This document shows positions 27,996 to 40,974 of a stretch of DNA of 64,000 nt, in pieces; the first letter of the stretch is position 1, and each line of letters starts with the position of its first letter. The notes beneath the pieces are model-generated. The model was not told the DNA's origin. It made no database searches and saw only the letters and a program-made list of their open reading frames with translations. Source of the stretch: Octopus vulgaris (lineage: Eukaryota); assembly GCA_951406725.2 (NCBI GenBank), contig OX597837.1:16182001-16246000 (forward strand), in the 5' to 3' direction. The translations under genes and the position numbers were made by a program.

Positions 27996-30900
27996 TACAT
28001 ACATACATACTATGACTGAAATTACATTCAAATTTCTATCAAATCCCATCCAAACATGTTTTTAAAAAGTGGGGTAAGGCACATTCTGTAATATAGTCCT
28101 AGATACACGATGTGTGAGCAACAGTCATGTTATGACTAGGATAGCTTTGATAATCAGTTTCCTCAACCAAACCTGTCCTGGGGCTAAACTAGGAGGACAA
28201 CAACAACAACAACTAGTAGTTCTGCATCGAAACTTCTGTTTCAAATTATAGCAAAACGTTTTAAAAGAAAACAATGTTTTTGTCTGATAAGCGGGGTTTG
28301 TAAACAAAAAACTCAGCAAAACCCTACTGACAGCTGACGCAACATGACTTAGCCATACACACACACACCGTCGCCACCACCACCACCAGCACCATCACTA
28401 CCTCCTCCACCATCACTAACATCACCACCAACTCCATCACCGCCACCACCACACCAAAGAAGTTATAATTCAATGTTGTAAAATGAAAATACTTAAAGAG
28501 TCGAAGAAAAAAGAAAATTCTTTCTCCATTCGTTGCTCTTTTACTACAATTTAAGCATTTCTTTTTTAAATTTTTTTTGGGGGTTTATTGCAAAAACTCG
28601 TTGTTGAAAGAAGCAAAACAAGGAATCTTGAAGCGTCTTGTTCGCGGATATAAGAAACATTTGCTAAATAAACAATCGTCAATGAGAAAACCTTTATGTG
28701 TTTGCTCAACTTGCTAGAAATAGCAACCAAATCACAAATAAATCACATTCTACCATACATATCAAATAATATCGATAATATAGTCTTAGGTTGGTTATGT
28801 GATGAGAGGACGGTCAAATCTCTTTCACTGCACACCCTATGACAACAGAATGATACACTACCTAATGTAATCCTAGATACATTTATGCCAGAAATAGCAA
28901 CCAAATCTCCTTTTCACATTAAAACCTGCCATATCAGAGCAAAACATTCCATTCTAAGTCCAAACTGGTCAGACTCAGCTTCTCACACGCTACAACAAAC
29001 AATCACCTCATCAGAACCTCGAAGCTACAAAACAATGCAAGATTAATTCAAAACGATGTAAATAATAAGCATCACATTTGGCCAAGTCATCTGAATGGCC
29101 AAGGGTCAAACTACACATTAAAATAGGAAGGATTCAGTGGAGAGTGTATATGTGGCCCTCGATACTCTGTACCCGGGAAATAAAAGACGGGGTGATGATA
29201 AAATATCTTTGATCATAGGTTTATATCCTAAATGGAAGATGACATGGGCCCAAACAACACAACAGCCAATTACTTCCACCGCCTCATGGCCACTACCACT
29301 TCTCCACGCACCGACCAATCTCTGAAATTAATATCAGGGAGATGAGTGGAATTATTAAATTCTAGCGTAAAGCGCAAAACCTTCGAAAGGAAACTACAGT
29401 CTATGAGATTACTTTGGGCAAATATGCTCTGCTATAGCTTCAAGTCAACCAAATTCTAGTAAATGAAATTTGGTTGCAGGAAACTGTGTGGAAGCCCGTT
29501 GAAAGTATCGTGGGGCTGGGTTGGGGGTTTGTTGGTCTGAGGCGATGACTGGTTGAGTTGATGAATGCAAACGTGTTTCTTTGGCAGCGTAAAGAAATAA
29601 CTGACACCAGCCGCAAACTATTAACACAGGATTTAATTAATGCACACAGCATTAATTACAAATAAATACAAACAACAATAATTACTTACAGAGGGAGAAG
29701 GAAAACCGCGCTGCGTTCGAAAAGACACATTGTATGAATGTTTATAGTTCGATCTGTCCAAAATCTGGAAGTGTCTGAAGTTCTGTCATGACGCATCACC
29801 GATTATCTGGCGGTTCGGTTTCAAATCACCGCTACAAAGGAAGCATTTTACTCTGAAGAGATCAACTTAATCCATCGCTCGATTTAACATCAGAATCTCG
29901 CTCACTTGCATTCCTTTAGCCCTCTCTGTCACAAGGATTCGAATCAGATCTCCATTCTAAAGATAAACACCTCCCTCTTTCCTCAGGGACCTTGAAAAGG
30001 ATCACAGGCTTCCCATTTTCTCTTCTGATTAACCAATAGAAAAAGACTAACTTTATTGTTATATCATTAATTATTTAAATGGATAATTAATCTTGGTTTT
30101 CTAATTTTATTATATTTTAAGTATTGTTGACGTAATGAAAAACAAATGTCGACAATATTGTATTGAATATCGAGCCTGAGGTCTCAGTCCATTACTACAG
30201 AACATTACGAAGGCTGTATGTCTTCTATGTATGATGGCACCTTCAAATGACAGCTTGTGGCAATATAAGGAAAGAAAATATTTGAAGACAAAGCTTAAGA
30301 ACAAGAGAGAGAGAGAGAGAGCACTAGAGTACTTAAAAAAGAATTAAGGGAAGGTTTCCGAACAAAGAAAACATTGAATAAAATGTTTAGTAAAGAAGTG
30401 ACCTTAGTGAACAAGTTTACTTGCATCGAAAAGTTGCTTTTTTTTTTCTGAGAAAATAGCAAAAACTGATAAGTTACATAATAACGGTGAAACTTTCCTT
30501 TCACCCGTTCACTCTATCATCATTTCAACTACGATGAAACAAAGAGTACGTGAACAAACGTCTGGTCTTCAAGTTCACTCGGACAGAACTGGAAATTCAC
30601 TACGGCGTTGGCATAAAAGACTATTATATATTAATTCGCTCGTTTGGCCCACCAAGGACGCCTACTATCTCCCCTTCTGTACGTGTTGGCTCTCGAGCCA
30701 TTACTAAAGAAGTTGGATATTTCGAGGGGCATCTTGCGTGATCCAGGATGCGAATGGTTCTCTTCTGTTCATTCGGATAAGAAGCTGTAGAAATTGTCGC
30801 ATGCACATACAAACACAAAAAATTCTCCAGACATTTAGCTGTTATTTTTAGCATATCGAGTTTTGTGGCGAGGGCTTTACATGCCGTGATCCTTTTGCAA

Positions 30901-31139
30901 TTTCCTTGTATGTCTACACAAATGGCAACGGACGAAACAGCCGTTCATTTTCAGTTTTAGACAGCGGGATGGGGTGGCGATCAATTTTGGGTTAAACCAT
31001 AAAATCTTATTACTTTTACTTTTTAACTTATAATTTAGTATTTTCTTTTTTATAAATGGTTGTTGCTACAATAACCTTGTTTATTTATATCATTTTAATC
31101 CAATTTATTATCAATCTGATCATATTTATATTGTCATTT

Positions 31140-31485
31140 TATTTGTTTACCAATGATTAGACTGTGGCCATGCTGGAGCACCACTTTGTTGAATTTTAAT
31201 CGAACGGATTGACCTCAGTACTTATTTTTTTAAAGCAAGCCTTGTATTTAATCTATGGGTCTCTTTTGCCGAACCACTAGGTTACAGGGGGCATATACGT
31301 ACCAACATCAGTTGTCAGGCGGCGTTGAGGAATACACACACACACACATACGATGGGCTTCTTTCGGTTTCCATCTACCAAATCCACTTACAAAGCTGTA
31401 GTCATCCCGAGGCTAGTAGAAGACAAAGGTGCCACACAGTGGAACTGAACCCGGGACCACAGGGTTGGGAAACAATCTTCTTACC
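31140..31485 (-). mobile_element. SINE family A
   Basis: Reverse copy with head (gaactgaacccgggaccac) and tail (gactgtggccatgctggagc). Confidence 0.82.
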
Positions 31486-32699
31486 ATATATAAAGTTCAT
31501 TTTCTGCCAGTCCCATCAAAACATTTGTCTCTGCAGGATTTCCTTTGCTAATACATAATTTTATCCACTTAAAAATAGTCCGTTTTGTGTAAACTAATCC
31601 AAACACTTTGTTTTTGCATGACACAGCTGCATTTAATAAACGTTGGAAATGGTAAAATACCTTCCTTTCTTTACGTATTTATTTATCTATCTCTTTATTT
31701 ATTTATTAATCTATTTATCTCTTTATTTATTTACCCATCTCTTTATTTATCCATCTATTTTTTATCTATCTAGCTCTTTATTTGTCTCTTTATTTATTTA
31801 TCTATTTTCAACTAATGGTCGTCTGTGAGAAGAGAATATGACAGACATTGCTTGGGTTCCGAAGGGGGAGACATGGGTAAAATGATGTTGAGAAACACTG
31901 ATAGACATATTACGCATAGCCATACACACACACACATACACACACAGTTGCATCAACAAATACATGTACACACAGAGAGATATATACATACAAAAATACG
32001 AAGATATATATACACACACATGCACAGTTATATACATGTTTATACACAAGCATGTTTACACACAGGTACACACACACACACACACACGAACTGCACAGAG
32101 GAATACTCTCTGCTAAAAACCTAATGTCTGTGATAGAGTAAAAGAAACGAAATCTGTTAATCGTAGTCAGAAAGCCAACGAAATTAAAGACCTTTTCTAA
32201 AATGCCGTTCAATTATTTAGAAAGAAATCCAAAGCTAAATTGGGAACAGAATTCTAACAAGAATATCAAAATGAAGCAACCGATGGAAAAGTTGTCTGCT
32301 TTATTAAATTCGTTACAAAAGAAAAACCTGTTACGATAAAAATGAAATGCCTATTATTCCCTCTACTTCTGGCACAAGGCCATTTTGAGCACATTCCTTC
32401 TGGTTTTGGCGCCAGGCCAGCAGTTTTGAGGGGCGGGGCAAGGCCATTACATTGATCCGCATCATTCGACAGATATTTTGTTTTATTAAACCTGGAGGGA
32501 TGAAAGGCAAAGCTGACCTTGGCGGAATCTGATGTCAGGACGTAATGAGTCGCAAGAAATACTGCAAAGCATTTTATCCACCATTCTTTCGAGTGTGTGT
32601 GTGTGTGTGTTCTCTTTCTCTCCTCATCTCATCACCATTGTTACACATTTTGAAAGTCCAGACTCCATTTTGATATCATTCGAGAAAAAGTGAGGCAGA

Positions 32700-33240
32700 C
32701 TGGACCAGGTTGTCCAATTCTGCCTCACTTTTTGTGAACAACTCAAAAAGTTATCCACGAACAGCAGCTGGTCAAGATTTCCCTTACCACTTCCCAGATC
32801 ATACGCAACTTCATTTTTTACAGTATTTCACTCAAGGGGATCATTCCCAGCACAATAATACACTGTCCCCCTGCAAGATTCCTCTCCTGATTTTCACTTT
32901 TAATAGCCGATTCCCTGCCGTCAGTTCAGTTCAGTTCTCCACCATTTCACACTGCTCCATACAAGACATTTCATGCTTTTGGCTACTCCATACATTTCCA
33001 TGTTATCCAAGAGTGTGGTATCGTATGTTTTACAATAATTACTCCATGCCATGCTCAAGTTCCTGTGTCTTCTCTTGCACTTTCTCATAATTAGTTTATC
33101 AATTAACAGCTGATCTTTCGTTTCTGGGTTCATCATTCGGCAACTTTTTGCTTCAATAGGTAGCAGTCCACTATTTTCTGAATATCCCTGCAGTTCACTG
33201 GCCTAAGCATCTGACAAAAGTCTCCACATTAGCGCAAGAT
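32700..33240 (-). mobile_element. R4/Dong-type RT fragment
   Basis: TKDQLLIDKLIM...RNLSMAW..Y.K.YD and KIRRGILQGDS RT motifs. Confidence 0.75.
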
Positions 33241-34873
33241 ATAAAGGCCTTTCTATACCTTAAATCTCTTAACAGGCACAAAGCCACGGCCCCCTCAAAT
33301 ACTACTCCCTGTCTCCTAGTTGAGGGGTTCTGTCTTGTAAGGCACTTTGTGATCTGTTGGGGCTGGTATCAAGTAAAAAACACCCAGTACACTTTGTAAA
33401 GTAGTTAGGGTTAGGAAGGGCATCCAGATGTGGGAACCATGCCAAAACAGAGAATAGAACCTGGTGTGGCTCTCCAGCCTTGCCAGCTCCTCCTGTCAAA
33501 CCGTCCAACCTATGCCAGAAGGGACAACAGGCGTTAAATGATAATGAGGATGTAAAACTCTGCCTTTCGTTCTTCCAAGGACAAAAGTGAAGATGACTTT
33601 TGCAGGATTTGAACACAGGACACAGAGAGTCAGACTGAATACTACTAAGTCTATTTCATGCTGTAATGACTCCACCATTTCACCACCTTTGGACTGACCC
33701 AACAATGGACCTGAAACTAAAAAGACACAAGCAAACAAAATAAATAACAAAACACAAAAACAAAAGTTTCTTTCAGAAAAAAAATTTAATTTAAAAAAAT
33801 TAAAAACAACAACAGAATAAATTAATAAAAAAAAAACAGAAAGTCCCATCAATAAGTTAAAACTCGCTTGAAAAGGAAAAAAAACATTTAAAAAGATTTT
33901 TTTTAATAAAAAATGAATCTAAGTTTTGATAAAAAAAAATTCTAAGAATGAAGAGATTCGGTGCCTTTAACCAAAAAAAAAATTTTATATAAATAAAAAA
34001 ATTTTTTAGTTTGAAATATCACAATGAAAATTATAATTAAAAAAAAATGAAATTAAGGAGAAAATAAAATAAATTCAACAATAAAAACTTTCAGATATGG
34101 AAAAATTTTCTGTAAAATATGAAACTTTCAGCATTGATGGAAGATTTCCTGAAATCTTTTTACTTTTTGTTAATTTTTGATTTACATATTTCTTATTCAA
34201 TTTTTTATTTTTTGGTAAAATATATTTTAAACATTTGCTGTTGTTGTTGCTGCTGCTCACTCTTCAACCCCACCCACATACACACATCCAGATCAGCCCT
34301 GAGATTAAGTAGATCCTATTATCAAACAAGTTCCATCCATGACCTTTCCACCTTCCATACTGACACAGCATACTTAGTACTACCTTAGCCAATGCAACTT
34401 TAAACATGATAATCTCTAATATGATGATTTGGCTACTATTTCTAGCAAGCTGAGGTTCCCTCACTTGGTTTCCCATTAGCAACCCTACCTACTTACATCT
34501 AGTCCTCCAGATGCTGGAACTGAACGCTTGAATTTCAGTTTCCCAGTGTTTCCAAGCTTATACAGACAAGGCAAAAAACCTTTAACACTTTTGAAACCCA
34601 TCTGGGGCCACCCTTGGTGCGATGGCACAAACTTCCTGTTTTAAAGTTTCTTAAATCAAAACCTTCCATCAAAACTCCAAGTTAATTCAAATTCCAGAAA
34701 CCAAGTGTGGCTGTGTGCTTAAGAAGCTGGCTACCAAACCATGTGGTCCTGGGTTCAGTCCTGCTGCATGGCACCTTCGGCAAGTATCTTCTACTTATAT
34801 AGTCCCAAGCCAACCAATGCTTTGTGGATTTGGTACATAGAAACGGAAAGAAGCCCGTTGTGCTTGTGTATGT

Positions 34874-34954
<81 letters not shown>

Positions 34955-35439
34955 GCTTGTCCCCAGTGAAGGGTCAACACTTCAAGCTAGGAAAAAGCAA
35001 AGTTACAAAGTATCAATGACAATTCAAAACCAACAAGAGCTGGGAGAGGAAGGCCCTCTGCCAGGGCAACATACTTGCAAGGGACACAGATGAGAGAATG
35101 CCATAAAAATAGCAGGGGTTGAGAGGCTGAGGTGTAGGGGCCCAACTGGAGAGAAGCTGAAAAGGCAGCCCAAAGCCTAGAAGAGTGAAGAAAAGTCATT
35201 GATAGCTCATGCAACAAAGGGAGAAGAGGGCTTAACTAAAGCAAGTTACTGTCTGAATGGGCAGTCATGGCTGGAATACCTTTTACCATAATAGTGCTAC
35301 ATAATCCAGTTCAACCTGGGTTTAAACATAAAACAACAACAACTGACAGTAAAAAGGATAATTATAATGGATCCATGCAGATCCAGTGAGGAATCTGTGG
35401 ACGAGATACCATGGAATTTCATGAAAGTGGCTTCCCATC

Positions 35440-35750
35440 GGATACGACGAGGGTTCCCGTTGATCCAATCAACGGAACAGCTTGCTCATGAAATTAACAT
35501 GCAAGTGGCTGAGTACTCCCCAGACACATGTACCCTTAACATAGTCCTCAGGGAGATTCAGTGTGACACAGAATGAGACAAGGCTGCCCCTTTGAATTAC
35601 AGGGGCCACTCAATTTTGCCAGCTGAGTAGACTGGAGCAATAACGTGAAATAAAGCGGCTTGCTCAAGGACACAATCTGCTGCTGGGAATTGAACTCGTG
35701 ACCTTACAAACAAGAGCCGAATACCCTAACCACTGAGCCACATGGCTTCA
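35440..35750 (-). mobile_element. tRNA-derived SINE family C
   Basis: Minus head GAAGCCATGTGGCTCAGTGGTTAGGG...GAGTTCAATTCCC. Homologous pieces occur at ~25-150 and 9830-10035. Confidence 0.78.
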
Positions 35751-36391
35751 GGGAATTTCATGAAGCAACCATGTTGATTCACATTAGAGACACCAGATCT
35801 GTGGATCAAACATTTCTTTTCATCACAGACTCATCCAGGCTCTCATCACAGACTCAATCACTTCAAAGACTCTCTCAGATCCTTGCTCAATGGCATCAGA
35901 TCCCAGGTTTTATTTACAACATTGCTAGACACACAGACACACAAACCAAATAAAAAAAGGAATGCAGTTTATCAGACAACAGGAAGCCCAAGCTGACAAA
36001 GGAGCATTTGACGTTCTAGAAATAGCAGCCAAGTCTCCCTCAAATACTCTTAAAAACAAAGAAAGATTTATTGGATGATGTTGATTTCACTGAATTTGTT
36101 GGAGAAGAGAGAGACTGAATGGTCATGACTGGAATGGCTTTGATAACAGGAACCTTCTAGATCAAAGCTGACTAAACCACAATGAGCTGATCCACAGCCA
36201 CACACATCTCCCTGATCCAACTGATTCTACAATATAAGACCTGAATCCCTTTTTGTTAAAATCTCAACATCTGGAGAGGAATGAGAGTGGGGTTTCAAAA
36301 GAAGGTTGCAGTAGTGTTTAACCCAGGTCAACCCTATCTGAGTAGATCTATGATCAAAGGCGTTCCATCCATGACCATGCTGTCTTTTTAC

Positions 36392-36677
36392 ATTGGGTTG
36401 TCAGATAAATTCGTTAGTTCTTTCGTTTCCCTTTCCATTTATTTTAAATCCTTTCCAATTTTATTTGAACATTTTTATTGGAGTGTTTTAAGGCTGTTTT
36501 GTTTTTTGTTTCTTTGTATTTTGTTTTTCGTAACTCAATTCTTCCTTCACAACTTTTGTACATCATTGTTGAAGTCTGAATAATTTTTACCTTTTTTCAG
36601 ACAAATGATGGTGGAATGCCAAGTAGAAAAAAACAAAAACAAAAAAACGAATGAATGAATTTATTTGACAACCCAAA
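36392..36677. mobile_element. Mariner-type MITE
   Basis: TIRs ttgggttgtcagataaattc and gaatttatttgacaacccaa. Confidence 0.7.
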
Positions 36678-36912
36678 TATGCCAAACACTACAGAATCTA
36701 ATATGCCATTCTTTTCATTTTTTTTCTTTGAAGAAGGCAGTGTGTGAGCATAAGATTTGACTGCTATTTCTAGTAAGTCAAATAGTGACCTCATTGAGGC
36801 TCTCGTGCCAAACTCCCTTGATTGAAATGTTTTATAATTTGTTCTGTTAATGAGAGAGGAAAAGCAAATTAGCAGTCATCAAATTAATCGATATTGCAGA
36901 AGGAAGAGAGAG

Positions 36913-37384
36913 AATGTCATAGCAACAAGGATTCAGAAATAAACTTTATGATAACAGCAACCGTGATGGAAGAGTAACCATGGCAACAGAGACTACAATG
37001 TAGCACTGTCATAAGTAGTAATAGTAACAGCAAATGAAGAAGTTGTCATAGCAACAGTGACAGTTTGTCACCCTAGCAACAATGATGGTGAGGTAATCGT
37101 GACAACCTGTAGTCATGACAACAGCACTGATGGGATTGCTGTGACAACAGACAGAATGACAGCAAAAGTGATAAGTCACCATTAATGATGTTAGTGTTGG
37201 CATGACAACAGAAGTGATGGCAGTTGTTATAGTAACAGAGGTAGTAACGTGGCCATGACAACAGAGAGAGAGATGATGATGATGATGGTGTTGTTGTTGT
37301 TATTGAAAAAGTGTTATTATACACAAGAGCAGAGATGATGGAATGGAGAGAGAGAGAGAGAGATGAAACTGTTGCTAGGGTTAC
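36913..37384. promoter_or_regulatory. Cluster of RFX X-box-like 14-mers
   Basis: GTAACCATGGCAAC 36974, GTTGTCATAGCAAC 37042, GTCACCCTAGCAAC 37067, GTAATCGTGACAAC 37093, GTAGTCATGACAAC 37109, GTTGGCATGACAAC 37196, GTTGTTATAGTAAC 37223, GTGGCCATGACAAC 37249, GTTGCTAGGGTTAC 37371, plus weaker matches at 36913, 37015 and 37135. Confidence 0.55.
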
Positions 37385-37602
37385 CGTATTTTCTGGCAAA
37401 CAAGTCAGTGCCGTACATTTTGTGTAGGAATGAAGTGGAACCATTCAATCGTCTTCACAATCTTTCCAAATCCTGCTGCAAAGATTTCACATGGAATTTT
37501 TGGTCCCCCAAAGTCATCTCAAATGTATAAATTGACGACCTGCCTTTTCCCTGGTTGTAAATTTTGGTCAGAAAACTCCGGCTTGTATGCCGGAAAATAC
37601 AG
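37384..37602. mobile_element. Tc1/pogo(Tigger)-type MITE just downstream of the PXMP4 stop
   Basis: TA followed by ccgtattttctggcaaacaagtc ... ggcttgtatgccggaaaatacag (imperfect TIRs). Confidence 0.72.
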
Positions 37603-37730
37603 CATCCATTGACAACGATATTGTCATAACAGCATCAATGAAAAAACAACTGAAGCAGAAATAAAAAAAAAAAAAAAGAATTATGTGTAAGAGTTTTGAG
37701 AAACTCTCAGAATATTCTGGTGAGAATTCT

Positions 37731-37988
37731 TCAGTCAGGCAATTTGTTGTAAAGCAAGAAGTCTGTGAGATTGTGCCACTGGGTGCAGTCTTCATAAAGA
37801 TAAGTCATTGAGGACTGCAGCGACGGCTGCAAGAAGTCACGCTCATATTCAAACAGCAACAAGGCAACGCCCCAAACAAGAGAGAAAAATAGGGGGAACG
37901 GTTTCTGAAAGGGCTGCGGGATGTATTGTTTCTTCACGGCAATCTGGGCGAGAGCATAGGTGATTCTTGACAGCAAGTATAGATTTAT
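37731..37988 (-). CDS. PXMP4: PXMP4 coding exon 4 (258 nt including TGA)
   Basis: Acceptor (tc)n-ttccag|ATA, translation INLYLLSRITYALAQIAVKKQYIPQPFQKPFPLFFSLVWGVALLLFEYERDFLQPSLQSSMTYLYEDCTQWHNLTDFLLYNKLPD*. Contains the PXMP4 signature LQPSLQSSMTYLYED. Confidence 0.97.
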   Translation of the reverse strand: MNLYLLSRITYALAQIAVKKQYIPQPFQKPFPLFFSLVWGVALLLFEYERDFLQPSLQSSMTYLYEDCTQWHNLTDFLLYNKLPD

Positions 37989-38198
37989 CTGGAAGAGAGA
38001 GAGAGAGAGAAAACTTGAAAGGTGAGAGACAGACAGGCAATATTTTATTAAAGGTGAACAAGTGATTAAATTCTCAAAATCATTGTCATCCTCATCATCA
38101 TCATAATCACAATCATCATCACCATCATTTGTGCTTTGTACATATCTGAGTGTGTGTGTGTGTTGTTATGAGTGTGTGCATGTGGCTGTCTGTATTTT

Positions 38199-38247
<49 letters not shown>

Positions 38248-38399
38248 GTGTGTGTATGATTTCTGATGCAGTTGTTATTTACTGTTGTTTAGCCTCAGAT
38301 CAGCTTTGTGATAAAAAATGACCCACAATCAAAAGTAGTTCCATCCATGGCCATCTCAGCTTTTATTCAGACATAGTGTATCTAGAACCACATTATCCA

Positions 38400-39050
38400 T
38401 CCATCTTCTCTGCCCACAATTCTTGGAAGTGTTGTTGGGGGTAGAGCCATCCATAAGCAGCTTCTCCATTGGCCCCTATCACAAGCATCCATCATTACCC
38501 TTTCCTGCAGGATCCCCAAGCATGACCAACTGAGTCTATGGATGTCATCCAGCCATCTTGTGCTTGCTTTACCCCCAGGTGTCCTGTTGGTTGGATCAGC
38601 TTGAAGAAGCCATCCTGCAACATTCTAACCAAATCACTCAGGTACCAGAGCTGTAACTTGTTAATGTGGAAAAGTAACAGCTGGTCCTAGAGCGGTGTTT
38701 CTCAACCCCTTTTTTACCTATGGACCCCTTTGGTTCCTATTTCACTCAGGTGGACCCTCACAACCATTCCATGTTTTAAAAAAAATCCTATTATATTTGA
38801 TTAGGAATTGTATAAAAGATTGTCAAAATATTCTGTGTCTTGTGGAATTATAAACAATTTATTGCAGGTAAATTTTAACAACAAAATCTTATATGGACCC
38901 CCACCTGCAAGGGTCACAGGGACACCGGTTGAGAACCACTGGTCTAGAAAGACTCCCCGTTCTCAGAGCTGTGCATTCATCCTATCAAGTAGCGTTATTC
39001 CAGAGATTCTTCAGAGGAACCCCTATTTTCGCTCCTGGTATCCGCACTCG
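38400..39050 (-). mobile_element. RTE-type LINE 3' fragment in PXMP4 intron 3, interrupted by a hAT MITE
   Basis: Reverse similarity to 50050-50350 (ccatagactcagttgg, cttgggratcc). Confidence 0.55.
38693..38941. mobile_element. hAT (Charlie-like) MITE
   Basis: TIRs cggtgtttctcaacc and ggttgagaaccactg. The 8-bp flanks tcctagag/gtctagaa fit the NTCTAGAN target. Confidence 0.8.
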
Positions 39051-39110
39051 TACTCTTTTGGCAATTACCCAACATTCATGTCTCAACCACTCTACAGAGA
39101 ACCACCTTAC

Positions 39111-39309
39111 CTGTTCGTTGACCTTGTTGTACCTGCCAAACACACAATACCCTGCTATGACACTGGCGCAAAAAATATGCGAAGGTTTCTTTTTTTTGCC
39201 AAACCATTCAAAGATTTGCAGAATGACTTTGTGGATGACATTGAAGAGGGCTAAGCTCTTTGCATGGGTGTACGTTGCTTCCAGGATTCCACGGAACTTC
39301 TCAGTAAGT
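39111..39309 (-). CDS. PXMP4: PXMP4 coding exon 3 (199 nt)
   Basis: Acceptor cttttgtacag|A, translation LTEKFRGILEATYTHAKSLALFNVIHKVILQIFEWFGKKKKPSHIFCASVIAGYCVFGRYNKVNEQ, donor CAG|gtaagg. Lies within ORF 38985..39329. Confidence 0.96.
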
Positions 39310-40974
39310 CTGTACAAAAGAAGAAACACATAAGTAACAAAAGGAGCAACATCATTTCAACGTCCCCTTTTCCATACTTGCAAAAAAAAAGGAAGAGTTT
39401 GAGCATTCTTCACATTTACCAAATTCACAATTCTAACTGAAAGCCAGTTTCTGAATCAACTGATGAAAACCTGAAATCCCCCAAATCAAACCAATCCCCC
39501 CACGCCAACCTTCAAAACAACACCCACTTGCACCCCACACCCACACAAATCAAGTTTCTGTCTGTCTGTCTGTCCCTGAGTGAAGATGCTGAAAAACAAG
39601 ACGAATGAAAATAAAAAAACAAGACACTTCATCAAATCTCAAACTGCCGCATGAGGGAGACATTATTGCACAGAACGGGGATGGCACTTGTCCTAGTTTT
39701 GCAACAACTTTTTAAAAAAACAAAAACAGTGAAATCAAAGCCTTTCCCAGAATGAAGCCCCAGATGTTGCTCATGTTTTGACAATGGCGTTTTATTTGGG
39801 GTTTTTTTCAAAATTTTTATTTTTGCTTCTATTTTTATTTTCTCTCCCCCCCCCCCTCCTTACCCAAAAATGAAAACTCAAACATTTCCAATGCTAAGAA
39901 ACTAAATGACTATTTACATCTTTGCTCTGTTTGGAATGACTAACATGAATCGGGATTTTGGAAGATTGGAGCAGAAAATTTCAACTTGGTGGGGGTTTTT
40001 TTGTGTTTTTCACATTTTTGAAGTGCGGTGGGGGGGGGGGTTAACATGTTACACTTTTGACAGTAAACTTTAACAAAAACATTGGAACAAAACAAAAGCA
40101 AAAAAGAAATAAAATTTTACATTGTCTTCTGTAACAATTGAGAAAAGTAGAGGCTGTCACAATTAACACTACAATAAAAGAACCGAAAATTCACAGAGAA
40201 ACAGCAGGCAAACCTCCCTCAAATTACACTCAAGTGTATATTGGATAATGTAGTCCTAGATACACAACTCCTAACATTTGAAGAGGGTCATCATGGCTGA
40301 GACACCTTGAATCATAGGAATATTTGATTGACCACAACTGCCTTGAGATTAAACAATAACAGCACCTTAATCATTAGTTATCAATCATCAGTCATCAATA
40401 TTTGTATCCCAAGTCTTCCATCCTTTTGGGGGGAGTCATTTAAATAAAAACTGGTTGAACACGGGAGGGGGGCAAGGTATTTGATTTACCCCCAACTCTC
40501 TTGAACTTGCTGGCCTTGTGCCAATATTTGAAATCAATATTTGTATCTAAAATTCTGTTTGTTTATTCTGGAGTTACAGAATGGCATGGTGGTGTGGTTA
40601 AGACATCCACTTTCTAACCATATGGTTCTGGGTTCAATCCCTCTGTATGGCACCTTGGGTAAGTATCTTTTTACTGAAGCCCTGGGCCAACCAATCTGAG
40701 TGAATTTGACAGATGAAAACTGAACTAAGTCATCATCATCATCTTATACATTATATTTCATTATATTTAACAGCGTAAGTGGTTTTATGCTAGAAAGTGT
40801 AGAAGTGTATAAGTGTAGAAGTGTAGAAGTGTAGAAGTGTAGAAGTGGAAAATAAGAAATAGAAGAAAAGGAATTGAGCCCTTCATCATGGAAAACAGTT
40901 ACTTAAATATTGACTTTCTTCTTTCTGTGAGAAATTGCACTTTTCCTTTCATTATTTTCAATATATATATATGT

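Noticed and set aside
29580-30960. Possible LTR element (minus-strand TGGTGTCAG PBS-like word near 29600)
   Set aside because: No TG..CA LTR pair, adjacent CA end or recognisable gag/pol was found.
33690-33760. Strong-looking minus-strand splice acceptor (tttttagtttcag)
   Set aside because: No recognisable coding exon follows and it leads into SINE sequence. A non-coding exon cannot be supported without transcripts.
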